Positions 17,090-26,379 of a stretch of 32,000 nucleotides of DNA are shown in pieces; position 1 is the stretch's first letter; each line of letters starts with the position of its first letter. The notes below the pieces were generated by a model. That model worked only from the letters and a program-made list of their open reading frames with translations. It did not search any database and was not told where the DNA came from. The translations under genes were made by a program, and so were the position numbers. The stretch covers positions 1,050,001 through 1,082,000 of the forward strand of contig OY969931.1 of NCBI GenBank assembly GCA_963704705.1. Reading direction: 5' to 3'. The DNA comes from an uncultured bacterium. Lineage in GTDB: Bacteria; Patescibacteriota; Gracilibacteria; UBA1369; PNNO01.

Positions 17090-19603
17090 ATGTCCCCAAT
17101 AAAGAAAATCCAAAAACGAGATGGCCGCATAGCAGATTTCGATCAGGATCGCATCACACAAGCTATCTGGAAAGCCGCGCAATCAGTAGGCGGAAGTAAT
17201 ATTGAAGAAGCTCAAAAGATATCAAATCAGGTATCTGCAGTACTTGAGGTCTTCTTTAAAAATGAAGATGAAATTCCTACTGTTGAACAAATTCAGGACC
17301 TTGTTGAAAAAATCTTAATCGAAGGAGGTCATGCAAAGACTGCTAAAGCATATATATTATGGAGGCAGAAAAGAGCTGATGAACGCGATGAAAAAGAAGC
17401 GATTCTTGGTAAAGGCAAAGGTGATGCTTCTTTAAATTTCTCTACAAACGCACTTAAAGTATTAGAAAAACGTTATCTTCTTAAAGATGACGAAGCAAAT
17501 ATAATTGAAACTCCTGAAGACTTATTAAAAAGAGTTGCGGGAGCTATTGCTAAAGCTGAAGAAAACTACGGCGGCAACATCGAAGAAATGGAAGAAAAAT
17601 TTTATAACATGATGAAAGAACTTGAGTTCATGCCTAATTCTCCGACTTTAATGAATGCAGGAACTGAACTTGGCCAGTTATCAGCATGTTTTGTCCTTCC
17701 AGTTGAAGATTCAATGGAAGGTATCTTTGAAAGCTTAAAAGATGCTGCTTTAATTCATAAAAGTGGTGGAGGTACTGGTTTTTCATTTACAAGACTAAGA
17801 CCTTCTAACGATATAGTTCACTCAACAACAGGTGTTTCAAGCGGACCAGTATCTTTTATGAAAGTATTTGATGCTGCAACCGATGTAATTAAACAAGGAG
17901 GTAAAAGACGTGGGGCAAATATGGGAATCTTAAAAATTGATCATCCGGATATTTTGGATTTCATTCAAATGAAAGCTGACATGAAAACTCTTCAGAACTT
18001 TAATATCTCTGTTGCAGTTACTGATAAATTCATGGAGGCGCTTGCAAACGATAGTGAATATGACTTACTTAATCCGCGTGATGGTGAACCAGTTAAAAAA
18101 CTAAAAGCACGAATGGTTTGGGATATTATTCTTTCTAATGCATGGAAGAATGGTGATCCTGGCTTAATCTTTATCGACCAAATCAACAGAAAAAATACTT
18201 GTCCTCATTTGGGAGAAATAGAAGCAACTAATCCATGTGGTGAACAACCATTGTTAGGATACGAGAGTTGCAATTTAGGTTCTATAAACATAAATAAATT
18301 TGTACTTGAAGATAAGTCAGATCTTGATTGGGACAGATTCAGAGAAGTTGTACATCTTGCAACCCAATTTCTTGATAATGTAATTGATGTAAACCACTAC
18401 CCTATCCAAAAAATTGCTGAAATGACACGTAAAACAAGAAAGATAGGTTTAGGTTTGATGGGATTTGCTGATGTTTGTTATCAGCTTGGTATTAAATACA
18501 ATTCTGATGAAGGAATTGCTTTTGGAGAAAAAATAATGAAATTTATAAATGATGAAGCACGAAAAAAATCTCAAATTTTAGCTGAAGTAAGAGGAACATT
18601 CCCTGCTTACGAAGGTTCAGTGCACGAAAAGAATGGTGTGAAAATGAGAAATACCTGCGTGACTACTGTTGCTCCAACAGGAACAATAGGAATGCTTGCA
18701 GAAGCATCAGGAGGTCTTGAACCAAATTTTGCAATTTCATTTATTAAAAATGTGATGGATGGTACTGAACTAGTTTATACAAATAAATATTTTGAAGAAG
18801 TTGCAAAAGAAAAAGGATTCTTCTCTAAAGATTTGATGAGAGAAATCGCGAAAGTAGGTTCAATTCAGGATTTTGATGAAATTCCACAGGATATAAAAGA
18901 TGTGTTTGTAACTGCTCAGGACATAGAACCGCAGTGGCATATCAAAATGCAGGCTGCTTTCCAAAAACATGTTGATTCTTCTGTTTCAAAAACAATCAAC
19001 TTCCCTACTGAAGCACAAATTCAGGATATTGAAGATGCTTATAAACTTGCTTATAGCCTTGGATGTAAAGGTGTAACTATCTATCGTGATAAGAGCCGTG
19101 AATCGCAGGTATTAAATATTGGAAAGGTTAATAAACAAAGTGAGCAAAAAGAAAGCTCTATGGAACGGGCAACAGCAAGAGAAGTAAAAAAAGCAGAGCC
19201 AAAACAGGAAGAAGTAAACAGAGCGACTGAAAGGAGCTCTATGGAACGAAGTGAAGCGAAAACTGAAATTAATTCTGAAAGAGAGAACGGAACAATTAAA
19301 GAATCTGCTCAGGCACAAGAAGTCAGCTTGCCGATTGTTACACCAGATGAAAATCAAACACAGATTTCTGCAAGTTATCAAGGGGGATCATCTAGCAGTG
19401 CTGAAGAATTTACTCTTCCGCCGATTCAGCCTGTAAGACAACATAAACACGTTGGTTCAGCTGCAGTTGCAGTTGAAGAGAAAGTCCTTACTAAAAAAGA
19501 AATTATGGATCAGAAAGTATGCCCTGAGTGCCAAACCAAGCTTCAGATAGCTGAAGGATGCATGCTTTGTTTGTCTTGCGGATTCTCAGCCTGTTCAATA
19601 TAA
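17090..19603 (+). CDS. nrdJ: adenosylcobalamin-dependent (class II) ribonucleoside-diphosphate reductase with ATP-cone and C-terminal zinc-binding tail
   Basis: ATP-cone N-terminus IKKIQKRDGRIADFDQDRITQAIWKA. Catalytic core FSFTRLRPSNDIV, NPCGEQPLLGYESCNLGSINI and VAPTGTIGMLAEASGGLEPNFA. C-terminus CPECQTKLQIAEGCMLCLSCGFSACSI. Confidence 0.93.
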   Translation: MSPIKKIQKRDGRIADFDQDRITQAIWKAAQSVGGSNIEEAQKISNQVSAVLEVFFKNEDEIPTVEQIQDLVEKILIEGGHAKTAKAYILWRQKRADERDEKEAILGKGKGDASLNFSTNALKVLEKRYLLKDDEANIIETPEDLLKRVAGAIAKAEENYGGNIEEMEEKFYNMMKELEFMPNSPTLMNAGTELGQLSACFVLPVEDSMEGIFESLKDAALIHKSGGGTGFSFTRLRPSNDIVHSTTGVSSGPVSFMKVFDAATDVIKQGGKRRGANMGILKIDHPDILDFIQMKADMKTLQNFNISVAVTDKFMEALANDSEYDLLNPRDGEPVKKLKARMVWDIILSNAWKNGDPGLIFIDQINRKNTCPHLGEIEATNPCGEQPLLGYESCNLGSININKFVLEDKSDLDWDRFREVVHLATQFLDNVIDVNHYPIQKIAEMTRKTRKIGLGLMGFADVCYQLGIKYNSDEGIAFGEKIMKFINDEARKKSQILAEVRGTFPAYEGSVHEKNGVKMRNTCVTTVAPTGTIGMLAEASGGLEPNFAISFIKNVMDGTELVYTNKYFEEVAKEKGFFSKDLMREIAKVGSIQDFDEIPQDIKDVFVTAQDIEPQWHIKMQAAFQKHVDSSVSKTINFPTEAQIQDIEDAYKLAYSLGCKGVTIYRDKSRESQVLNIGKVNKQSEQKESSMERATAREVKKAEPKQEEVNRATERSSMERSEAKTEINSERENGTIKESAQAQEVSLPIVTPDENQTQISASYQGGSSSSAEEFTLPPIQPVRQHKHVGSAAVAVEEKVLTKKEIMDQKVCPECQTKLQIAEGCMLCLSCGFSACSI

Positions 19604-19621
19604 TAGGCGCACATATTAAAA

Positions 19622-21907
19622 ATGACTCTAATGAATAAGCTCTTTTTTGCTGAATCAAAATTAATATTCAAAACTTCAAAACCGGCTGAAAATCTTGGTG
19701 ATACCGAACAAGCAGCGGAAGGCCTGCACGACGGAACCTACAGAGATACCCGTGAAGCACAACGAGTCATGCTGGAACAATCAAAATTAAAATCGCGTCT
19801 TGCTGAAAGCGATATTTTTAGTGATGAAGATAAAAAGCAGTGGGCAAAACGATTGGAAGAAGCAAAACAAAAAGCTATTTCCGCTGAAGAAATGCAGGAA
19901 CTAACCAAAGAATTTGAAAAACAACAGGGTGCAATAAAAGGAATGGTTGAAAACTACACTCAAAAAGTTATGAATAGCAGAGAAACTGCTTTTACAATTG
20001 ATACATCACGTAATCTCGATACTGCAAAGGATTATGTGGAATGGTTTGCAAAACAATCCTTTGAAGAAAAACAAAAAGCTTTAAATGTAATTGATTCAGA
20101 TATTAAAGAAAGACAAGAATTAAGAAGAAAACTATTAGAAAGATTTAATAAAAAAGATGTTATTAAACTTCGAAGAAGTGAAATGCGGGATAAGGTTAAG
20201 GAACTTGAGCAAATGGAGAAAAACGAAGGAAGGTATGCTGAAATGATGAAAGAAAATGAACGTTATTTTCATGACCCTAATGAATATTTAAATCAATTCA
20301 AAGATAAAACTCTGGAAGAACAGGAGCGATGGATTGCTGTATTTAAAGAGGAATATCTAAAACCAAGAAAAGCACTTGTTGATATTTACGATAGACTTCC
20401 CGATAAATATAAAAACGATTCAAAATTCCTAAAAGTCGGGAAAAAAGAAAAAATGGCATTTCTTGAAAAACTGGATATTCAGTTGGAACAATCATATATA
20501 AAACAGGTTAACGAGGTTAAAACAGAAGTCATGTCGCAAAACTCAAAACGTTTTGCAATTGTAGATTTTTTAAGATTAAAAGATGTTGCTGCCAAAGCAA
20601 TGTGGCTTGAACAACTTCCAAAATCAATAAAAGCAGAAGAAAAGTTTGCAAAAGAATACAAAGAATATAAAAAAGATCTTTCATTAAAAATGCCTAATAG
20701 CGGAGAAAAACTTGAAATTACAGGTTATAGTGAAAAAGAATGGAACAATTTAAAATTTGAAGATAAAGAACCATTATTAAAAAAAATGAAAGCTGAGATC
20801 AAGTTAAAAGAACCATTCCTGAAAATTATCAATGAAGCTGTTAAAGACGGAAGTATAAGCAAAAAAACAGCTGACAGATATCTCACATTATTTAGCGAGG
20901 GTAATATTAGCGGAAGAAGTCAGTTATGCAGAAATATTTTAACTGCAATGAAAATCAGACGTGATCTTGTAAAAGATTTCGAACAATTTGATGAAGAAAC
21001 AAAGAATAAATTCAAATCATTTTATGAACGCGGACACAAAGCAAGAATGCAAATTTATCAGGAAGCAAAATTATTTGAATCAAAAAAGAAAACAGAGGAA
21101 GAAACTGAAGCAAAAAAAGAAGAAGAGGAAGAAGTTGAAAAAGCTCCAAAAGCCCTTGAAAGCAAAGAAATTCAGGAAATTATTGAAGAACTTCATAAAG
21201 ATGCTGACAAATTCGAAGCTGAAGGTGAATATGAAAGATGCCTTGATAAACATGAAGACGTACTTAAACTACATCCTCAAAATGAATATAGTCTTAAAAA
21301 AATCAGTGAAATAAACGAAGAAATGGAGACAATCGATTCAATAATGGACAAAGATATCCAGGATGCTGTTGAAAAAGAAGCAAAAACCGGAAGTATTCAG
21401 GAAGAACTTAATCAAATTGCTTTGGCAGAAATGTTACGTAAAGATCGTGAAGAAGTAATTACTTATAACAGAGGAGTTGAAAATTTAGGTAAACAAACAA
21501 CACATTTAAGTGATGATTCATTTGACAGAAATGTTCAAAGAAAAATTTATGAAACAAGCGGTGGTAAACAAATGCTTGATGAAGAAGGCCGTGTTACTGA
21601 TATCGAGGAAGTTGATTTAAATACACTCGGAAAAAGAGATAAATCAGATATAAGATATTATCGCGATAGACTAAGAAGCCTTAAAAATGATGATAATCTA
21701 ACAAATATAAGATTTGTTGACCAAAATTCAGGTCGTGAACTAAGAATTGACGAAGCAACCAAGCAGCTTGATAAGCGAAAAATGGCAGCTGCAAAGGCAA
21801 TAGCTGGTAGAGTTAAAGGCATGAATAAAAAGGATGCGCAAAAAGTATTATTTACCGCTTCTCAATTAATTGAAAATCAGGTTGATAAGAATACTCAGGC
21901 AGGCTAA
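19622..21907 (+). CDS. large coiled-coil protein of unknown function
   Basis: 761 aa ORF starting 18 nt after nrdJ. Highly charged helical composition with a TPR-like segment (EGEYERCLDKHEDVLKLHPQNEYSLKKISEIN). Confidence 0.7.
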   Translation: MTLMNKLFFAESKLIFKTSKPAENLGDTEQAAEGLHDGTYRDTREAQRVMLEQSKLKSRLAESDIFSDEDKKQWAKRLEEAKQKAISAEEMQELTKEFEKQQGAIKGMVENYTQKVMNSRETAFTIDTSRNLDTAKDYVEWFAKQSFEEKQKALNVIDSDIKERQELRRKLLERFNKKDVIKLRRSEMRDKVKELEQMEKNEGRYAEMMKENERYFHDPNEYLNQFKDKTLEEQERWIAVFKEEYLKPRKALVDIYDRLPDKYKNDSKFLKVGKKEKMAFLEKLDIQLEQSYIKQVNEVKTEVMSQNSKRFAIVDFLRLKDVAAKAMWLEQLPKSIKAEEKFAKEYKEYKKDLSLKMPNSGEKLEITGYSEKEWNNLKFEDKEPLLKKMKAEIKLKEPFLKIINEAVKDGSISKKTADRYLTLFSEGNISGRSQLCRNILTAMKIRRDLVKDFEQFDEETKNKFKSFYERGHKARMQIYQEAKLFESKKKTEEETEAKKEEEEEVEKAPKALESKEIQEIIEELHKDADKFEAEGEYERCLDKHEDVLKLHPQNEYSLKKISEINEEMETIDSIMDKDIQDAVEKEAKTGSIQEELNQIALAEMLRKDREEVITYNRGVENLGKQTTHLSDDSFDRNVQRKIYETSGGKQMLDEEGRVTDIEEVDLNTLGKRDKSDIRYYRDRLRSLKNDDNLTNIRFVDQNSGRELRIDEATKQLDKRKMAAAKAIAGRVKGMNKKDAQKVLFTASQLIENQVDKNTQAG

Positions 21908-22239
21908 CAGGTTAAATGAAATCCTCCAGCTACATTTTTCCCTTCTTTTTCAATTTTGTTAAATGTTTGGCTCGCATCTTCGGTCCATTCAACTATTACT
22001 TTTATCCCCTTTTTTTCAAGGGCCTTTTTTGTTTCTTCAGGAAATTTACACCTTCCGCTTGCACCATTCCCCATAACAAAAATGTCAATTCCTTTGGGGA
22101 TGGCTTTTGTGTCTTCAAGGTCAACATTATGACCCTGATTTCGATGCCATTCTTCAACCTTATCTTTATAAACTATTACATCGTGCTGATAATTAATGCC
22201 ATTAATTGTTATTGAACCAAATTTATATGAATTAATCAT
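21904..22239 (-). CDS. MTH938-like (DUF498-type) domain protein
   Basis: FGSITINGINYQHDVIV...DIFVMGNGASGRCKFPEETKKALEKKGIKVIVEWTEDASQTFNKIEKEGKNVAGGFHLTC. Confidence 0.8.
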   Translation of the reverse strand: MINSYKFGSITINGINYQHDVIVYKDKVEEWHRNQGHNVDLEDTKAIPKGIDIFVMGNGASGRCKFPEETKKALEKKGIKVIVEWTEDASQTFNKIEKEGKNVAGGFHLTC

Positions 22240-22242
22240 TTA

Positions 22243-22758
22243 TTAAAGATTATGAATGATATCATCAAAATCACGGCGCGGTTTAAATTGCGGTTTTTCA
22301 TTAGGAATGCCTATTGGAAGTATAGAAACAGGTATTAACGATTCGTCTATGCCTAAAACTTCTCTAACCTTATCAACATCAAACCCCCCCACCCAAACAC
22401 TTCCATATCCAAGATCAGCAGCTGCAAGCTGCGAGTATGTACAGGCAATTGAACTGTCTTCCAAACAATAAAGCTTTTCGCCACGTATATTATATTTTAC
22501 TTTTGAACGATCCGGATTTGCACAAAATACGAAACAATGCGATGCTTCCTTCACACAAGCCTGATCATTTGCAGCTTTTGAAAGTAGGAGTTTTTTATCA
22601 TTATCTTTAATTACAAAAATTTCATAAGCTTGAAGATTCCCTGCTGATGGCGCTTTTATTGCTGCTTGTAAGATTTCCTTTATGTCATCTTCTGGAATCA
22701 ATTCATTTTTAAAAGTTCTGATGGATTGACGTTTAGCAATTAAATTAAAAAATTCCAT
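22243..22758 (-). CDS. nitroreductase family protein
   Basis: LIAKRQSIRTFKNELIPEDDIKEILQAAIKAPSAGNLQAYEIFVIKD and LGYGSVWVGGFDVDKVREVLGI. Confidence 0.9.
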   Translation of the reverse strand: MEFFNLIAKRQSIRTFKNELIPEDDIKEILQAAIKAPSAGNLQAYEIFVIKDNDKKLLLSKAANDQACVKEASHCFVFCANPDRSKVKYNIRGEKLYCLEDSSIACTYSQLAAADLGYGSVWVGGFDVDKVREVLGIDESLIPVSILPIGIPNEKPQFKPRRDFDDIIHNL

Positions 22759-22836
22759 ATTTAGTTTGTTAGTTAACTATCTCCCTTTATTTTAAGCCAA
22801 AAATATGCTAAAATAAAGGGAACTTAAAAAAACAAA

Positions 22837-23361
22837 ATGACAATTATATACTTATTAATACTTGCTATAACACTTCTTTATATTTCAACAGCTCTTGTAA
22901 GTCTGATACTTAGAGTTCCTTATGTTCCGACCAAAAAAAGAGTTATGCATAAAATATTAAAGGAAGCGAAACTTAAAAAAGGTGAAAAATTTTATGATCT
23001 TGGCTGTGGTGACGGCAGAATGGTTATTGAAGCTGAAAAACTAAAAAAAGTTAATGCACATGGTTATGAAATTGCTCCGCTTGTATATTTTCTGGCAATT
23101 TTCAGAAAATTTTTCAGCAATTCAAAAGCAAAAATTCATTTTAAAAACTTTTTTCATGAAAGTTTGAAAGATGCAGATGTTATTTTTTGTTATTTAATGC
23201 CCAGAGAACTTCAAAAACTCGCATTAAAAATAAAAAAAGAATGTAAAAAAGGCACTAGAATCATAAGTAACACTTTTCAAATACAGGGGCTTGAACCCAT
23301 TAGAATAATCAAAAAAAATGAAAAAACAAAAATACCAACACTCTACTTCTACAAAATTTAA
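22837..23361 (+). CDS. membrane-anchored class I SAM-dependent methyltransferase (copy 1)
   Basis: N-terminal TM (IIYLLILAITLLYISTALVSLIL), then VPYVPTKKRVMHKILKEAKLKKGEKFYDLGCGDGRMVIEA, a SAM motif I. Confidence 0.85.
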   Translation: MTIIYLLILAITLLYISTALVSLILRVPYVPTKKRVMHKILKEAKLKKGEKFYDLGCGDGRMVIEAEKLKKVNAHGYEIAPLVYFLAIFRKFFSNSKAKIHFKNFFHESLKDADVIFCYLMPRELQKLALKIKKECKKGTRIISNTFQIQGLEPIRIIKKNEKTKIPTLYFYKI

Positions 23362-23374
23362 ATTTCTTGATTTT

Positions 23375-24010
23375 ATGACCTTCATTTTCGTAAGTGGATT
23401 TACGTTATTTGTTTTGTATTTAACAACGCAAATGGATTTAAATATTATTACAGTAATTTTATATTTGTTTTTTGGCATACCAACAATAATTGCTTTAATT
23501 CAAGGGGCCCCATTTGTTCCAACACCAATGCGTGCAGTAAGAAAAATGCTTAAAACAGCCGGAGTTAAAAAAGGAGACAAAGTAATTGATATAGGCTGCG
23601 GCGACGGAAGACTTTGCTACCTGGCATCCAAAGAATTCGGGGCTGACTCAATTGGCTATGAATTATCCCCTTTTGTGTTCTTTGTTGCAAAAATAAGACA
23701 ACTATTATGGCGTTCAAAAGCAAAAATTAAATTCGGGGATTTTAGAAATCATGATTTATCTCAGGCTAATCATATTGTTACTTACATGCTGCCTGAAACT
23801 CTTGAAAAATTTATTCCAAAATTTGAAAAAGATTTAAAAAAAGGCGCAAAAATAACTTCGTACGCTTTTCATATTGGTGATTGGGTGCCTGTTCGTGTTG
23901 AGCCATCATGCAAAACTGAATCTATTTCTAAGATATGGGTATATGAAATAGGCAAACAAAAGAGACGAGCTAGCGAGTCTCTCGCGAGCGAAAACTTATC
24001 GCGAGCGTAG
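23375..24010 (+). CDS. membrane-anchored class I SAM-dependent methyltransferase (copy 2)
   Basis: Two N-terminal TM segments then APFVPTPMRAVRKMLKTAGVKKGDKVIDIGCGDGRLCYLA. Paralogous to the preceding ORF. Track start is 23318; internal ATG at 23375 avoids the overlap. Confidence 0.85.
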   Translation: MTFIFVSGFTLFVLYLTTQMDLNIITVILYLFFGIPTIIALIQGAPFVPTPMRAVRKMLKTAGVKKGDKVIDIGCGDGRLCYLASKEFGADSIGYELSPFVFFVAKIRQLLWRSKAKIKFGDFRNHDLSQANHIVTYMLPETLEKFIPKFEKDLKKGAKITSYAFHIGDWVPVRVEPSCKTESISKIWVYEIGKQKRRASESLASENLSRA

Positions 24011-25457
24011 CGTGAGCCCTGCTTAGCAGGGCGAACCCAATACATATTAAATAGTACCCTATAAAATGAAATACAGAAAACCAGTTGGCTTCAAAAGAAG
24101 CAAACGGCAGATTTGCTAATATTTCTGTTATTTTAATTATATATTTTAAACAGAGCCAAGCCGGCATCATTAAAATAAATCCCAAATTAAAACTCAAATA
24201 ACTGGATACGACTGAAATAAATCCAAAAAGCATTGCAAAAGGTATAAACGGTACAACCAATACATTTGCAATAGGCGAGATTAATGAAAGCCTTTTAAAA
24301 TTAAACATAATTACAGGCAAAGCAAAAATTTGTGCGCTAAAAGTCATAGCAAATGCTTCACGCAGACCAAATTGATCAGGTAAAAACCTGAACAATTTCT
24401 CTAAATGATTCCCGGTTAAAATAAGCCCTAGTGTTGCCAAAAAAGACAGTTGAAAACCAGCATCATATAGTAAGGTGAAAGGGTTAATTAAAATCATAAT
24501 AAATGCTGACATTAAAAGTGCGTTTATTACCTGCGACTGTCTGCCGAACCAAAGCGCAATCACAGCAACTATGCCCATAATTGAAGCCCTGACAACAGCA
24601 GCTGAAGCACCCACAAATAAAGTAAAAACAACAATAATAACAATTATAACCGGGATTTTTGCATTTCTGGAAAGACTCTTAAAAAGCCCTGATATAAGAA
24701 CAATTATTAAAGAAATATTGTAACCGGAAATTGCGATTATATGTGTTAATCCAGTTAAATTGAAATTAAGCAGTAATTCTTCTGGTATACCTTTTCGTGA
24801 ACCTGTAAGTAATCCTGCTTCAAAACTGGCCATTGGTTCAGGCATTAATTTATTTAATTGATCTTCAAAATTACTTTTAATATTAAATAATATGGCAAAA
24901 AAGAAACTCTCGTTATTTTGGCTTATCAAATAAACTCTTGGGCTATACATTACCGAATAAACATTAAAAAGACTTAAATAATTTTTATAAGAAAACGTAT
25001 CAAACTCCATTGGAGCTGTTAATCTGCCCTTAATTTTAACTTTATCTCCATAATTAAATTCAGGATACAAATCCATACTAAAAAGAACCCTGCCTTTAAC
25101 TTCGCGCTTGGATCCGTTAATTAAAATATTCTCAGCTTCAAGAATATAATTTGCCTTATCTCTTCTCCTGTCCGGATTTTCAACTATATTACCTTCTATT
25201 TCAATTAATTGTTCATCATTTTGATAATAATGAATAGAATTTTGGTCAATGATTGGATGAGCAATTTGAATTCGCACAAAACCAACAATAAAAAATAATG
25301 CCCAAATCAATATTATTTTTTTTCTTAAAATTACAGTACTTAAAATCAGGGAAATTATTATTAAAATTAAAAACATTAAATCAGCATCAAATTTCTCGAA
25401 AATAAACACTGAGGCGAGAAAAAATATAATTGAAATTTTTAAATAAAAACCTTTCAT
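23970..25457 (-). CDS. ComEC/Rec2-family competence membrane protein lacking a metallo-beta-lactamase domain
   Basis: Signature GLTGSRKGIPEELLLNFNLTGLTHIIAISGYNISLIIVLISGL plus multiple TM segments. The ORF ends after the Competence domain. Start likely M15 at 25457 (track start 25499). Confidence 0.85.
   Translation of the reverse strand: MKGFYLKISIIFFLASVFIFEKFDADLMFLILIIISLILSTVILRKKIILIWALFFIVGFVRIQIAHPIIDQNSIHYYQNDEQLIEIEGNIVENPDRRRDKANYILEAENILINGSKREVKGRVLFSMDLYPEFNYGDKVKIKGRLTAPMEFDTFSYKNYLSLFNVYSVMYSPRVYLISQNNESFFFAILFNIKSNFEDQLNKLMPEPMASFEAGLLTGSRKGIPEELLLNFNLTGLTHIIAISGYNISLIIVLISGLFKSLSRNAKIPVIIVIIVVFTLFVGASAAVVRASIMGIVAVIALWFGRQSQVINALLMSAFIMILINPFTLLYDAGFQLSFLATLGLILTGNHLEKLFRFLPDQFGLREAFAMTFSAQIFALPVIMFNFKRLSLISPIANVLVVPFIPFAMLFGFISVVSSYLSFNLGFILMMPAWLCLKYIIKITEILANLPFASFEANWFSVFHFIGYYLICIGFALLSRAHATLAISFRSRETR
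24016..24032. repeat. GC-rich hairpin GCCCTGC-TTA-GCAGGGC inside a palindromic repeat block
   Basis: Perfect 7 bp inverted repeat adjoining duplicated TCGCGAGCG (23982-23990 and 23999-24007) and AGAGAC/GTCTCT arms (23961-23966/23977-23982). Confidence 0.75.
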
Positions 25458-25614
25458 GTTAGCAATTATAAAACTCGAATTTAAAGTTTTTATAAACAAA
25501 ATCTAAAATTTTTATATAGGGGTGTTGGGGAAGTATGACAACACCATCTGCTTTACAAAAAGTCAAATTTATTTATTAATATATGTCTACGCTAAATATT
25601 TGACTAATTTAAAA

Positions 25615-26331
25615 ATGTATAGCCTAATAAAACTTCTCCAACAAATCGGCTTATCAGAAAAAGAATCGAAAGCTTATCTTATTACTCTTAAAATAGGTAC
25701 AAACCCTGCGAGTACAATTGCAAAATACATTCAATATAATAGAAGCACGATGTATTCAATATTGGAGAATCTTGTTAAAAAAGGCTTAATAATCCAATTC
25801 GAAAAAAACAGTATTAGGTATTTTACTGCAGTAGAACCGCGTTATTTACTAAATTATATAGAAGATAAAAAAAGAACGCTTACTCATTATAAATCAGCAA
25901 TCGATCAAAAAATTCCAGAACTTGAAGCATTAAAAAATCCATATCAATTAATACCAAATGTTAAATCATTTATAGGTAAAGAAGGAATTAAAAAAATTCT
26001 CGAAGAAGTAATTAACCAATCGAAACTTTGGATACTCGCTTCCCCATCAAAACAAACTCACTCATTTTTCACAAATCAGATTCCATTGTATTTAAGCAAA
26101 TACCCAGCTATTAATTTGATCATTACTGATGATAAAACTTACAATAAATACCATATTACATCTGCAAACGAAATTCAGTCACTCCCTGCAATAAAACCCA
26201 TACAATGTATTGGTCAAAATAAAATATTCATTATTTCAACTAATGAAAATTATGGTGTTGAAATCGAAAATTCAGATATAGTGAATCATTTTGAAAAACA
26301 ATTCGAACATGCATGGAACAGCAAGAAATAA
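25615..26331 (+). CDS. TrmB-family transcriptional regulator
   Basis: MYSLIKLLQQIGLSEKESKAYLITLKIGTNPASTIAKYIQYNRSTMYSILENLVKKGLI is a TrmB/MarR-type winged helix with a C-terminal effector-like domain. The track start at 25522 is a GTG; ATG at 25615 fits the domain start. Confidence 0.85.
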   Translation: MYSLIKLLQQIGLSEKESKAYLITLKIGTNPASTIAKYIQYNRSTMYSILENLVKKGLIIQFEKNSIRYFTAVEPRYLLNYIEDKKRTLTHYKSAIDQKIPELEALKNPYQLIPNVKSFIGKEGIKKILEEVINQSKLWILASPSKQTHSFFTNQIPLYLSKYPAINLIITDDKTYNKYHITSANEIQSLPAIKPIQCIGQNKIFIISTNENYGVEIENSDIVNHFEKQFEHAWNSKK

Positions 26332-26334
26332 AAA

Positions 26335-26363
26335 AGCCCCCTTCCGCGAAACGAAAGAGGGCT
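26335..26363. terminator. bidirectional intrinsic terminator-like hairpin between convergent genes
   Basis: AGCCCCCTT (26335-26343) pairs with AAGAGGGCT (26355-26363), 9 positions with one mismatch. A-run on the left (T-run on the minus strand) and TGATTATTAT on the right. Confidence 0.6.
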
Positions 26364-26379
26364 GATTATTATCATGAAA

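Noticed and set aside
16913-17182. Minus-strand ORF 16913..17182 (89 aa)
   Set aside because: Overlaps the nrdJ start by about 90 bp and shows no family signal. It may contain remnants of a decayed gene, but there is no evidence to call it.
19112-19436. ORFs 19112..19381 (-) and 19251..19436 (+)
   Set aside because: Inside the low-complexity linker of nrdJ, with composition explained by frame shadowing.
20988-21314. ORF 20988..21314 (+), 108 aa lysine-rich
   Set aside because: Out-of-frame translation of the Glu/Lys-rich 761 aa protein. The poly-Lys composition comes from GAA/AAA-rich DNA.
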